A DNA stretch of 64,000 nt from Octopus vulgaris (taxonomy: Eukaryota): positions 13,950,001 to 14,014,000 of the forward strand of contig OX597842.1 in the NCBI GenBank assembly GCA_951406725.2, written 5' to 3'. Position 1 is the first letter of the stretch; each line of letters starts with the position of its first letter. Under the pieces are notes generated by a model that worked only from the letters and a program-made list of their open reading frames with translations, was not told the origin of the DNA and did no database searches. Shown here piece by piece: positions 1 through 14,760 of the stretch. The translations under genes were made by a program, and so were the position numbers.

Positions 1-602
1 TTGATGTTGTTGATGATCGATACAGATAACAATGACGACACGAAAGTGATCAGGACGACAACAAAAAAATCGCTATTAATAATGGGGGCGAGGAGGAAGA
101 GAAGTAATAGAAGAAGAAGAAGAAGAAGAAGAAGAAGATGAAGAAGAGGAAGAAGAGAAAAAAGAAGGAGGAGGAGGAGAACGATGACAACAACAACAAC
201 AAGTAAAGACTATGTTGAAGCATCAGTGTATGAATAAAATAGTTCTAAATATACAAGCACAAAGAATATTCAAAGATGTTATTTAACGTCGACCTAGATG
301 TATTCATCGTACATAATATACACACCGTATTACAAACACACGTGTTAATACACTGCCATACACTCATTCATACACAGACATTACATATGCATGCACTAAA
401 TATTTCTCCTCAAGTATCACACTCGCATATATCCCAAATCTCAGAAATGGGCCCACACTCACATACACACAGATTGAGAAGCAATAAAATACATCTTTAG
501 AAAGACGGATGTCGGTGCCCTAAATGGAAGGATGGGAAAATATTACAGATTTACAAGTATATCATCAAGGAAATACTATAAAAGGAAACAGATTCAACTT
601 AC

Positions 603-674
603 AGTCTTGTTAAATTGGACAGATTTTGGAATGTTCCTACTTTTATTTCTTGGATATTATTATCCCTCAAATTC
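603..674 (-). CDS. 72-bp single-LRR exon (NLRDNNIQEIKVGTFQNLSNLTRL)
   Basis: 72 nt, acceptor ttttatgttccag, donor gtaagttgaatc, phase 2-2; absent from the ORF track. The gene continues beyond position 1. Confidence 0.88.
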
Positions 675-2099
675 CTGGAACATAAAATTGAGAAGAAAAG
701 AAATTTAAGTAACCGATTTGACAGAATGTTAAAGAGAATGGCAAATCAATTCGATGATAGAAGAGATGGAAATCAGATTACGAACGTGAGGAGCTGGTAA
801 TGACGGTGATGATAATGTTAGTGAGGTGGTATTGATAATAATGAGTCAGGGAAGAAAATTTGGTGGTAGTGACGATGAGGAAATTATGATGTTGATGATG
901 GGGGTAACGGTGTTGATGTTAATTATTCTAATATTCATGGTGATTGGTGTGTTTCTTCTTCTGATGAGGATGATGTCTGCGGTGGTGTTTCTCTTGGCGA
1001 TGATGAAGATGATGTTGAAGCTTGTTAATAGTGGTGGCGATGAAGATGATAGTGTTGAAGATCCTGGATCTGATAGGAGTAATTTGCGAAAATAAATGAT
1101 ATTGATGATGATAAGGGCAATGATGAATTCGGCGATGGTTATTACTGAGGAGGAAGTGGAAGAGGAAGAAATGAAGAAGATGGTGGGCGGGGAAGTCAGA
1201 TATGAATATAAAGATGAAACAAAGGAGATGAAAATATTATGAGACTTCATAACAAGGATCTTATGATGCAGATGATGGGGAGATGATGTTCATTTTCATT
1301 CTTATGATAACGATGCGGATTCGCAGCTTTTGTTGTGATGATGGATATGTCTAGAAGAATAAGAATAAGTACGAGAAGACAAGGAAGGGCAGGAGGAAGA
1401 ATAATAACAAAATTCTAATTCGAACGATAGCTGAAGAAGAAGAAGAAGAAGAAGAAAGGAGAAGAAGAAGAAGAAGAAGAAGGAGAAGAAGTAGAAGAAG
1501 ATGAAGAAGGAGAAGAAGAAGGAGAAGAAGAAGACAAAGGAGAAGAAAGAACAAGGAGAAAAGTAAAAAAGAAGAAAAAAAGGAGAAGAAGAAGCAGAAG
1601 AAAAAAGAAGGAGGAGGAGAAGAAGAAGTGGAAGGAGAAGAAGAGGAAGAAGAAAGAAGAAGAAGAAGAAGAAGAAGAAGAAGAAGAAGGAGAAAAAGAA
1701 GAAGGAGAAGAAGAAGGAGAAAAAGAAGAAGGAGAAGAAGGAGAAGAAGAAGAAGAAGAAAGAAGAAGAAGAAGAAAAGGAAGAAGAAGAACAACAACAA
1801 CAACAACACACGCAACAAGTAGGAGATGTGTTCAGAAAAGTGCGTATGAAACCTCTGGTGCTAAATACACAAACTGAAGTGTTATTCAAGGCAGTTACTC
1901 AGCATCGATCTAAAGGTAAACGCCGTACACATTATACACACATGCTAATATAATATTATACACACATGATAACAAACTCGTCCTTAGACAGAGACACGTA
2001 CATGCAATTGATGTTCCCCTTAATTACCACGATCTCATATATCTCCTATCTTAAAAGTGGACCCAGACTCACATTCACAAACATCCAAAAACAATAAAA

Positions 2100-2420
2100 T
2101 GCAATTTGGTTCCAGAAAGGTCTAGATCTAGAGATCAGTGTAGTCTTTGCGGACCCAGACGGCAACCTCGTCGTCCTTGTGAATGGTACTGATGGGGATG
2201 CTTTCAGACTGGTCGCTGTCTATGCACCAACAAATGTTAGACAGTCAGATTATTTCAGGCGTCCGGAAGCTTCTTTGGGAATGTTGCGTAGTTTAGTATT
2301 AGTAGGCGATTTCACAGAATCCTAAGATGCACGAATGGATTGTGAGGGATCAAATGATAGAAGAGGAAACAAATGCCTCACAAACCTGCTCAGACGTTTC
2401 CAGCTGTCTGACAGGTATCG
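2100..2420 (+). mobile_element. Tx1/L1-like LINE AP-endonuclease fragment
   Basis: Degenerate frame ...DPDGNLVVL..AFRLVAVYAPT...LVLVGDF...LSDRYR (APE motifs YAP and GDF). An inverted copy lies at about 19484-19803. Confidence 0.75.
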
Positions 2421-2487
2421 CGCTCTCTTCAGAGTTACTGACTCACCCCCTACCCCAGGTGACGCGCTCCTAGATTAAGAACCACTG
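2420..2487 (-). mobile_element. hAT (Buster/Charlie-like) terminus duplicated with the LRR cassette
   Basis: Ends in tagattaagaaccactg (reverse complement CAGTGGTTCTTAATCTA). The same end occurs at 18600-18667 and inverted at 19412-19480. Confidence 0.6.
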
Positions 2488-2865
2488 ATCTCGAGGTAAA
2501 CAACGTACATGAGATAGACACTGAATTACACACTAATTTTTATACACTCCCATTCACTCATCCATACACTGAGACAGGTATTTATATATAAACACAAGTA
2601 TGCATTAACTATGCCTCCTCAAGTGTCACACTGATATATATATATACCAACTGTCAGAAATGCTACCACACTCACTGTAACAATCATTCGCATATATCCC
2701 CTACCTTAAAAGTGAACCCAGACTCACATTCATAAACATCCAAAAACAATAAAATGCATGTATAGAGAGACGGATGTAGACCTTAAATTGAAGTATGGAA
2801 AGACATTACGCAATTAGGAAGAAATCTTCAGTGAAATAGTATAAAAGAAGATTGATTCAACTTAC

Positions 2866-2937
2866 AGATTTTTTAAACTGGAGAGATTTTGGAATGTTGT
2901 TTCGTTGATTGCTTGGATATCGTTATCACTCAAATCC
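2866..2937 (-). CDS. 72-bp single-LRR exon (DLSDNDIQAINETTFQNLSSLKNL)
   Basis: 72 nt, acceptor ttttattcaccag, donor gtaagttgaatc, phase 2-2, LRR consensus. Confidence 0.88.
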
Positions 2938-3754
2938 CTGGTGAATAAAATTAAGTCAAGAAGAACATTTATGGTAAGAAAAAGAAAAAGATGATGGAGA
3001 AGAAGTAGATATGATGATGATGATGAAGAAGAAGAAGAAGAAGAAGAAGAAGAAGAAAAAGGAGAAGGAGAAGAAGAAAAAGAAGAACGAGAAGAGGAAA
3101 AAGAATTAGGAGAAGAAAAATAGAACAACAACAAGAAGAAGAATAACAAGAAGAAGACGAAAATGAAGAACAGGGTGGAGGAGAAGGAGGACGAGGATAG
3201 GAGTCAGTACAAAAAGAAAAAGTGAATAAGTACAAGAAGTAGACGAAGAAGACAAAGAAGAAGAAGAAGAAGAAGAAGAAGAAGGAAAATAATAATAATA
3301 AGAAGAAGAAGAAGAAGGAGAAGAGGGAAGAAGCACAAGAAGAAGAAGATGGAGACGAAGAAGAAGAATACGAAGAAGGGGAACAATGCAACAAGTAGAA
3401 GATATATTTAGAAAATTGCGTATGAAACATCTGGTGCGAAATACAGAAATTGAAATGTTATTCAAGGCAGTTACTCGGTAACTAAATCTAAAGGTAAACT
3501 CCGTACATATTATACACACGTGATAACACACTCGTCCATAAACAGATGATGTTGAAGAAGAAAGTCAGCATGGAGAACAACACAAAAACAATTACAGGAT
3601 CAGGAAATGAAAAGTGAAATCTGAAAGATGTTACGAAGAAAAAGAAGAAGAAAAGCAGAGGAAGAAGTATTGCAATAAATTAAGAAGTAGAACTAGGAGA
3701 TAAGGAAGATGTTAAAGGAGATGAAGGAGAAGAAAAAGAAGGAGAAGAAGAGCA

Positions 3755-4020
3755 ACAAGTAGGAGATACTTCCAGAGAGGGGAAACAAATACTAGTTGAG
3801 CGAAGTCCCTAAATGGAAAAAATGCATGAAGGACACCATCCAAGCACCTCCCCACAACACATACACACTACTATCTACTATAATACCAACATTACCAACA
3901 ACACCAATACCGCTGCCAGCACCACCCGCACCACACGCCATACAAATATCCCCTTCGAAATCACCTTCGTAAATTTCCCTGCAATCCACATATTGAACCC
4001 CTAATGAAATACATACATAA
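3755..4020 (+). mobile_element. Tx1-like ORF1 3' fragment, paralogous to 20160-20415
   Basis: Direct sequence match to 20160-20415; related Pro/Thr-rich text at about 25030-25080. Confidence 0.55.
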
Positions 4021-4477
4021 AACTACAAATATGTGTTACTATATATGCTACCATATATGTATGCAACTCTACCAATATGTGTTACCATATATGCTACCAT
4101 ATATGTATGCAAAAGTAAGTTTCCACTAACATTTTCCCATCAATTACTATTCACTCATAAATCCGAAAACTCATAAATATGCCCTCACTCATATTCACAA
4201 ACGTTGGCAAACATTACCTCGCCCTTTGGACAGATAATGCTTGTAGACATACACAGTGATGTACACAGTGATGTATTCACAAAATTCTTCCCCGCAAGTA
4301 TCAGTCAGTCATATGTACCATATCAAGGAAACGGGCCCACACTCACAGATTTATATACATGATAACACATCTTTGGAAAGACGGGTGAGGTTGCTTCAAA
4401 TGAAGTATTGGAAGAAGTTACATTTATAGAAATATATCGTCAATGTCATAATAAAAATAAACACTGATTCAAATAAA

Positions 4478-4549
4478 AGAATTGTTAAACTGGACAGATT
4501 TCGGAAGGTGTCTGGTTTGAGTTCTTTGATATCATTAGAACTCAAAGAT
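4478..4549 (-). pseudogene. 72-bp LRR exon copy with destroyed 5' splice donor (SLSSNDIKELKPDTFRNLSSLTIL)
   Basis: Open 24-aa LRR with intact acceptor (ttatgttccag). The following intron start reads TTTATTTgaatc where sibling exons have GTAAGTTgaatc. Confidence 0.75.
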
Positions 4550-4712
4550 CTGGAACATAAAATTCACTTAAGAAGGAATTGTATAGAACATTTTGGCTAA
4601 AAAATAAGATATCGGAAGTTATGTAAAGTAGAACACGATGATAATTAGTTTCATGATGATGATGGTGATGATAATGTTGATAATGCTGCTGTTGATGATG
4701 ATGAGGATGATG

Positions 4713-4744
<32 letters not shown>

Positions 4745-4751
4745 AATGATG

Positions 4752-4783
<32 letters not shown>

Positions 4784-5044
4784 AATGATAAAGGGAAAGT
4801 TGAGGAGGATAAAGGTGGTGGTAGAACTGGTGGAAGATGTGATGGTCCTAGCAATGAATAAGATTATGAGGCAGAGAAGATGAATATTTGGTCGAAGTTT
4901 AGATGACGAAGATGATATGATGTTGAGGAGGAAATGGAGGAGATGAAATAGAGAGGAAAAGAAGAATAAATTCGAAGCGGAAGGAAGAGACGAATAATTT
5001 TCAGAAGATGATGAAGAACAAGAATAATAATAATATGAATAACT

Positions 5045-5207
<163 letters not shown>

Positions 5208-5214
5208 TTTAATA

Positions 5215-6438
<1,224 letters not shown>

Positions 6439-6852
6439 TATGTTGATGATGACGAAGACTGTGAAGAAGAAATAGTAGATGAAGAACTAGAAGAAAAGAA
6501 GAGATTTCGTAGAATGCAAACGTCCCAATAAATTATAAAACAAAGTAGAGTTGAAGGAAGGAGACTACGAGAAATTACAAGAAGAATAGGAAAAACTGAA
6601 CGAAGAAGAAGAAGCAGAGGGAATAAGAGCGAAGGTAATAACTATGAAATGAAGAGAAAGAAATAAAACGATTGAGAAGATTACGAAGAATAGAAGAAGA
6701 AAAGGAACGGGAAGAAGGAAGGAAATACAACATATTACGAAAGAAAAGAAGAACAAACTACCACGAAATAGGAGTAGAGAAAGAGGAGAGGATGAAGTAG
6801 AAGAAGAAAACGAAGAAGATGCTGCTGCTGCTTATGATGATGATGATAATGT

Positions 6853-6905
<53 letters not shown>

Positions 6906-6927
6906 GTGATGGTGATGGTGATGGTGG

Positions 6928-6965
<38 letters not shown>

Positions 6966-7212
6966 ATGTTGATGATGATTACGATGATGATGTAGAAAAG
7001 AAAAATAATAAAAGTTACAATTCTAAAATATATTCATATCCATATCGTACTTTTAAATGTGCAATTAGAAGTGAGAGTCGTGGATGGTAATCAGCGTTGA
7101 TCTAGAGATGAAAAGAGTAATGTTATACAGCGAGAAATAGGAACAGATACACTCTTATAGGTTCACTCATACAAAAGGACTCATATATGTAGACATGTAT
7201 ATATGTATATAT

Positions 7213-7400
7213 AGTTGGAATTTACAAAAAAGCAGAAGACGAAGAAAGATGTGTAAACAACAAGAAGGTGTATTAATTTAACGCTCGGGGAGGTGAGAAA
7301 ATCTTTTACATTTCGAGCCCATGCTCTTCAACAGAAATGAACACGATAAAATAAGCAAAGAGAGAACAAAAATGCTTCAGTGACTAGCGGTCAATCATGT
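7213..7400 (-). mobile_element. Short element with degenerate hammerhead-like motif (PLE pLTR-like)
   Basis: Reverse complement contains ctgttgaa-gagc-atgg-gctc-GAAA-tgt-a-aaaga; same family as about 33600-33775 in the opposite orientation. Confidence 0.5.
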
Positions 7401-7417
7401 GGATATGTATAAATATA

Positions 7418-8999
7418 TCTATATATTTAAAACTGAGAATGTGTGTCTGTCTGTCTGTCTGTCTGTCTGTGTGTTTCCCTAAAACTTGAGAACTACACAA
7501 GCAATTTCATTCAAATTTACACATGCCTTACTTAGGATCCGGGGTGTGTCATCAGCAAAAAACTTTAACTTCTTGCCGAGGGCGAGCCCACAGCAATATC
7601 ATATCTTCTCCATTATGATTCCCTAAAACTTGAGAACTATACAACCAATTTCATTCAGATATTACACATGCCTTACTTAGGGTCCATGTAGTTTCATGGC
7701 AAAAAAATGTTTAACTTCCTGCATAGGGCGAGCTGATAGCAATATCATATCTTCTCCGCTATTTCAGTATTACGTGTTAAAAGTGAAACAAAAACATCTC
7801 TCTATTTTCTGTCAAATACTTTCACTTTAACAATAAAAATTAGAGATATAAATAACAATTGAAATATATGTAGTAAGTAATAATTAAAATCAAACTAAAG
7901 TATCATATATTAATTAAATCGTAATATAGCAAAAGTAAAAATTGCAATTGGTATAAAATTGCATCAATCACTTGAACTGGAATAAGTGGTTTCACATGAA
8001 AGTGAATAAATTAAAAGTAAAATTAGTGCGCAGGAATAGAATAGTCCAGATGGAGCTGTGCACATACCTTTTACCATAGCTTTTACATTAGATTATCTGC
8101 TAATTAGCTAGCATTAAGTATCTATTTGAAATTTGGCTGTATGTAATGTCTGTTTTCTCGAACAGCCACTTCTACCGAGTACTGCTGTTGGTTTATTTCT
8201 TATACATAAAGGACTATAGCTTCAAGTGCGTACAGCTTTTTGATTCACCGCAAGTTTTGTTGTTATCATTATTACTGTTTAACTATTGTTATCATGTTTG
8301 TTGGTTCCTCGAAAATGAAATGTTTTGGCGTTGCATTTGTTAAATAATTGTAAAACGTAACCCTCCCCATTTGGGGGAAGGAGCTTTGGTTATTGTTTAA
8401 AAATTGAATTGTGTCCCTGTTTGGGAACACGATTCAATTTTGACAATATTTTCACCGTTTACACGGAAGCATTTTTGTTGAAATACCTTCGAAAGAAGAA
8501 AGTCCAAAAATGAATTTCGCTGCAGCCGTTCGCGGGCGGGAGCTCATTAAAATTTAAATGGAAGAAATACAAACCTATTTCGGATTGATCAACGACAAAG
8601 ACGGCGAAATTAAGGATAACACCACCAAACGAAATAAATTATAAAATTAAAGAAAAGATTATATTCTATAAAGTATGCAATGTAGAGAAAAAAAAATTTG
8701 AAAACCTGGAGGAAAGCACCATCCAAAAGTGTCTTGGTGCGACTATGAAAGATATGAAGTATCTAACCAGAGGCGGTAAAATCACCACAATAGAAGCAAG
8801 GTTCGATCAACGAAACGTGCAAGGGAGTACTCGATCCGAACCTTGCAAAGTGGAAATATATTATTTTTACCTTTCCGGATAAAAATTTAATATGTTCCCC
8901 CAGAAGTAGAGGTAGGCTGGATTGTAGCCAGACTTCTAAACAAGAGGGAGGACAAAATACAATTGATCGAAATTGCAAGAGACGGGCCTTCAATTCCAG
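7418..8999 (+). mobile_element. Non-autonomous Helitron-like element with (TCTG)n near its 5' end
   Basis: Starts a|TCtatatatttaaaactgagaatgtgtg(tctg)n; internal ~145-bp direct duplication (about 7477-7619 / 7620-7760); degenerate GC-rich 3' end gacgggcc...ccag|t. The right boundary is uncertain. Confidence 0.5.
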
Positions 9000-9173
9000 T
9001 CTGTTATATATTTTGAGTATTGTTATCACTAGCGATATCAAGATATAACTTTGTATTTTGTATTTTATGTGTAGATGTATATATATATAGATGTACATGT
9101 AATATGTACACATATATATACACATATATACATGCACTAGCACTATGACCCGGAAACTCCGGGTCATAATGCT

Positions 9174-9252
<79 letters not shown>

Positions 9253-9765
9253 GTATGTGTGTGTATGTATGTATAGAGTTATATATGTAAAATAATAAAG
9301 GATAATATGTTTTAAAAGCAATTTTCTGTGGCCAATATATTAATATTGACTGATTACGGTGAAATCAAATATATGATTATTATCAAAGGCATAGATATAA
9401 TTGTTTTAGCCTTTATGCTGAAATAGGCGCTAAATCGTCACACCCCTTGAAGAATCACAAAGAAACACGCGCTGAAACTCAGAGAGCGAACGGAAATTTA
9501 TAACAAATTAGGAAAACCTAGATTAGCTAATTTCTGATTCTGTTCCATGGCTTTAACTCAGCAGCACAGCTTACATACAGAAATAATTTAGATATTTATC
9601 CATACCTACAGGAAATGAGACGCACATGTATCATTGGGATTTTTATGTGGTCAAACCATTTAGCGTCTATTTTCAGCAAATACACTAGAAGTCTTATCTT
9701 TAGTTATAATTACAATTTATATGTATATAATCTTAATCTAATTGTGTGTGTATATGTATATATAC

Positions 9766-9813
<48 letters not shown>

Positions 9814-9945
9814 CTCCTTTTTCTATCGAAAAATGTGCGAATATTGAGGAAGGCATGGTCGGGACGTGACATAAAATGGGAATATTTTAAACGTTTAGTA
9901 ATATATTGTCAGTAAAATATTATCAAAATGACTTTTGCAAGTTAC

Positions 9946-10017
9946 AGATATGTTAAACTGGTCAGATCATCGAATGTCCCTATTTCAATTTTGTCGATAT
10001 TATTTCCATTCAAATAT
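9946..10017 (-). CDS. 72-bp single-LRR exon (YLNGNNIDKIEIGTFDDLTSLTYL)
   Basis: Exactly 72 nt, acceptor ttttattttacag, donor gtaac, phase 2-2, 24-aa typical LRR; in frame with the LRRNT exon. Confidence 0.88.
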
Positions 10018-10179
10018 CTGTAAAATAAAAGTTTGGCTGATAAGCTAACGTAGGGATGAGTATTATTGTAAAATATTTTTATCCACGAAATGTCTGTAAG
10101 ATACAATTTTAGATATATATATATATATATATACGCCCCGGGCGCCCCGTATGGATACATATATGTTGTAAATATTTTC

Positions 10180-10640
10180 TGTGTGTCACAGAAAGTGAGA
10201 ATGCAACCATATTCTGGGATATGTCAATACACACAGACAGAGAAATTAAGAGAAATTAAGACCAATAGGCTGGATATGTCTGTCAGAAATCATCAAGAAA
10301 AAATCTTTTCTAATCGATGTATCAATGCCAACAAATGACAATGCTTCTCGAAATGAAACGGAGAAACTTTCAAAATACAAAGACCTGGAAATAAAGGGAA
10401 CTCGGATGTTGAGTCTAAAAACAGAATCAATTCCTCTCATAGTCGGCGCATTAGGTATGATAAAAAAATATTCAGACAAGTACATAACAGATACACTAGG
10501 ACTGACAAGTAAACAAACCATACAGAAAATAGCACCACTTGGCAACGCGCGCATCCTACGTAAAACACTTTCAATACAATAACAATGAGAGCATCACAAC
10601 AACCACAGCTCATACCCAAGGCACACGGAGCTACTCTCAG
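10180..10640 (+). mobile_element. R4/Dong-like LINE 3' fragment
   Basis: Clear paralog of 5850-6300 (EKLSKYKDLEI...PLIVGALG...RILRKTLSIQ). Confidence 0.85.
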
Positions 10641-10839
10641 TAGTGCGGTGATACGCATTCAGCGTGACCTAGGAATTGGGAGATTCCTGTCGGGACATGC
10701 CCTCGACAGAAATTCGGATATAAATATAAGTGCGCGACTGTATACGTCATTCGATAGGAGACCGCCGTACTGCAATGACCGACCGCTCGTCCAAGAAAGG
10801 AAATAAACAACAACAACAATTAATTAATAATATTAATTA

Positions 10840-10896
<57 letters not shown>

Positions 10897-10903
10897 GATA
10901 ATA

Positions 10904-10985
<82 letters not shown>

Positions 10986-10989
10986 TATA

Positions 10990-12125
10990 AATCGAAAGTA
11001 AATGTTCCGAATAAGATTGAAGCTATCAACACCTGGACGGTTTCTCTCCTTAGATATGGAGCTGGGTTAATCACATGGACACTAGACAATCTAAATAGTT
11101 TAGACAGAAAGACAAGGAAGTTGCTAACGAGATATTGGGCACTCTACCCAAAAAATTGACGCAGACAGACTATGTACCAAGAAAAAGAAGAGGAAGCACA
11201 CTTAGTGAATGCTAACACAGCTTTAGAGCAGAAGAAAACAATATATCATGGTATGTAAAAAATTCCACAGGACCGCTATTATTAGAAGTAGGGACTCAGG
11301 CTTGTGTAGGATGAAAGATTACAAAGATAAAGCACTATACAAGAAATTGAAAACGAATGAAACTGAAAATAGGTGGGTAAAGAAATGAATGCATGGTGAA
11401 TTTCATAGGGATGTTGAAGATAAGTGATTTGAAACCGGAAATGGAAACTATAATCTGTGCTGCCCAAGAGCAAGCACTAAGAACAAACTGCATAAGATAC
11501 AGAATTGATAACACAGCAGAAAGTAATAAGTGCAGAATATGTGGACAAAACGGTGAAGCCGTATGGCATATTACTGGCCAATGTATGTCACTAGCGCAGA
11601 AGGAATATAAGAGACGCCATGACAATATAGCAAAGCTTTTTCATTGGACACTTTGCAACAAGGTATATTCGAAAATAGAAATGCAAAGATCATATGGGAT
11701 TTTATGATTCAGTGCGACCATGAGATAGAGAATAGGAAGTTGGACATAGTCTTAATTGAGAATGTAATCAAACTATGCTAGATCATAGATATAGCATGTC
11801 CAGCTGACAAGATATGCGATAAGAAAGAAAGAATAGCCGAGAGATATGACAGGTTAGCTTGGGAAGTTAAGCAGTTGCGGATGATGAAAGAGGTGGTAGT
11901 AGTACCAATTATTGTCGAAGCTCTGGAACAGTGAGCAAAAATGTCGAGAAGTACGTGAAACAAATAGGGGCTGCAATAAGGGTGGAACACTTGAAAAAGC
12001 AGCACTACTTGGAACCGCTCGAATACTCCTGAAGTTGGTTGAAAAATAAAAGGTGTTACCTTAGTTCACTGGTAGTGAACAACTGACACTAGTACATCTC
12101 CAGCGTTAGAAGCTGTGCAAAGGCA
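10990..12125 (+). mobile_element. R4/Dong-like LINE fragment (second subfamily)
   Basis: ICAAQEQALRTN...CRICGQNGEAVWHITGQC..LAQKEYKRRHD; preceded by a (TAA)n tract and ends in aataataat. Confidence 0.82.
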
Positions 12126-12503
12126 ATAATAATAATAATGTTTTGTTTATCATCCTTAAATAAACCTTATTCAGTGACCTTTTGATGGGATGGGCTACTC
12201 AACATGAAGAAAATTCTAACCTGACCCCCACCTGCAAAGTCATGCGCTGCTTCTCTTCTCATGAGATCACCGTGACGCACAGATACCGTTGTGATGCATA
12301 TGCCTGGTGTACCCTTATCAGACTGGTAGGCATGAGGAGTACATTGGGCTTCGTGTATTTGCACCCCAGTGTCATTTTGATGACATGCACTGCTCTCTCA
12401 AACAGTAATAATGATAATGATGATAATAATAATAATAATAATAATAGTAATCATAAAAATAATAATAATAATAACAACAATAATTATCAATAGTATTATT
12501 ATC

Positions 12504-12634
<131 letters not shown>

Positions 12635-12654
12635 ATATATTATTATTATTATTA

Positions 12655-13190
12655 TTCTATGTTTGACTTTTGCTTTATATTTGTACAAGTTGGCTCCAAG
12701 TCTCACCCAGAGACCTAAAGAGACAACAGGTTGGAAGTTCATGTTGTTGTTATGCCTACTGTGCCATATATTTTTATTTTTGGTGTTGTTCTAGTGAATG
12801 TCCAATAAAAAAACAAAATTATGTTTGTTTTAAACCCTGAGATTACATAGAAAGTATTTTGCGTAGGATATGAGGAGTTCCCATGAGCACTATCTTTTGA
12901 GTTTCTGCCATTTTTGGGTTTCCTGGTATCTGAGTTAGGTAGCAATCAGCCCCTTTTCGCTATCATTCCCAGGGCACCCATGACAACAGGTATTGTTTTA
13001 GTTTTCAGGTTCCACATTTTACTGATTTCTATTTCAAGATCTTTATATTTTCTCAGTTTTTGGTAGGTCTTGACAGATACGTTTATATCGATTGGGACAG
13101 TCATATCAATGAGGAGGCATGTTCTTTGTCTGATTCTTTCAATATGATGTCTGGCCTATTTGCAACTAACTTTCTGTCAGTTTCAATGGT
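12655..13190 (-). mobile_element. R4/Dong-like LINE 3' fragment, antisense
   Basis: Reverse complement encodes NRPDII...CLLIDMTVP...[31 protein letters not shown]; (TTA)n on both sides. Confidence 0.82.
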
Positions 13191-13234
13191 TTGAATTATT
13201 ATTACTAATATTATTATTATTATTATTATTATTA

Positions 13235-13335
<101 letters not shown>

Positions 13336-13345
13336 GTTATTATTA

Positions 13346-13385
<40 letters not shown>

Positions 13386-13422
13386 TGTTACTCTTATTAT
13401 TATTATTATTATTATTATTGCT

Positions 13423-13470
<48 letters not shown>

Positions 13471-13619
13471 CATCATCATAATAATTTCTTTTATTTGTCA
13501 CCAGAGTGAAGGATGAAGGGGACAATACAAAGACAGACATAAAGTGTGGAGGTTTACAGAAAATGGATTGAGAAAATGAAAAGTATACACGGTATGCATT
13601 AGAAGAAAGGAAATATACA

Positions 13620-14335
13620 TAGTATGTGACACTAGAAAAATATGTTTAGTAGCGCGGAAGTACGACGACGTCCTCGAGGGGGGGGACTAAGCGTCGATGA
13701 AGATGAACTGGCAAGTCTATTCCGGAGGACTTTCCGGGCGGGGACTGTTATGAATAATTTCCAGCTGTCTTTGGCCTGGAAGTGTTACCGGGGGGAGGGG
13801 CTCCACCAGATCGAAATATATTTTACATGCATGGATGTGTTGTTAGACATGCTTTGTCCGAAGTGCTCGCAGAGTGATGACACCGTTCTGCATGCAGCCC
13901 TCGTTTAGTGTCCGGACATTGCTGACTTGTGGAGTTGTATCGAGCAGCTGCCGTCGCGTGTAGGACAGATCCGTCTGTCGTCCGAGTCCATAATGACGAT
14001 GTCCCCGCCGCCCTCCTTTAATTGGGCTGGCAAGGCTGTGCTCCTTTGTTTGGTGGCTGTCACGAAAGAAGTTATATGGTGGACGAGGCTGATGGGATTG
14101 AGGACGGAAACTTACCTCTTTGGTAAAGACCTACAGGCAAGTAGGGTGGTGAGGGAGGTGCTGGTCTCGAGTGAATTTATGAAAAGGTGAGTGAAAGTTG
14201 CGAAAATGGCAAAAGTGGAGAGGACCAGAATGTAGACCTGTGAGTCGGAAGAAGGAAGGTGAAATGGGCTCCGGTCTTTGGTAATCAGGGTGATCTTGGA
14301 TGGTTGGGGTTCCTTGATTATCCCTAAAGGTCCTC
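13620..14335 (+). mobile_element. Tx1/L1-like LINE ORF2 3' end (zinc-binding region)
   Basis: FQLSLAWKCYRG...CPKCSQSDDTVLHA.LV*CP...LWSCIEQL; degenerate. Confidence 0.65.
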
Positions 14336-14695
14336 CTGAATCAGTGGGGTCCCATCACGATTAATAATAATAATAATAATGATAATAATAATAATAAAAA
14401 TAATGATAATAATAATAATAATAATAATGAGGATGATGATGATACTAATATTATTAATAATAATAATAATTATAATTATAATAATACTAATAATAATATT
14501 AATTATAATAATAATAATAATGATAATAATAATAATAATAACATTCACAAGAAGGAGAAGAAGAAGAAGAAAAAGAAGAAGAAGAAGTGTGTAGTATGGC
14601 TATTCAGCGGTGATGGAGACGTAAACACTGTACATGATATTACCGAATTACACACATATATTAGTACATTCGCATACAAACATCCATACACAAAG

Positions 14696-14757
<62 letters not shown>

Positions 14758-14760
<3 letters not shown>

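Noticed and set aside
9440-9495. Hammerhead-like ttgaaga...gaaactcagag (and a similar trace at about 15850-15885)
   Set aside because: Core and stems too degenerate to call.
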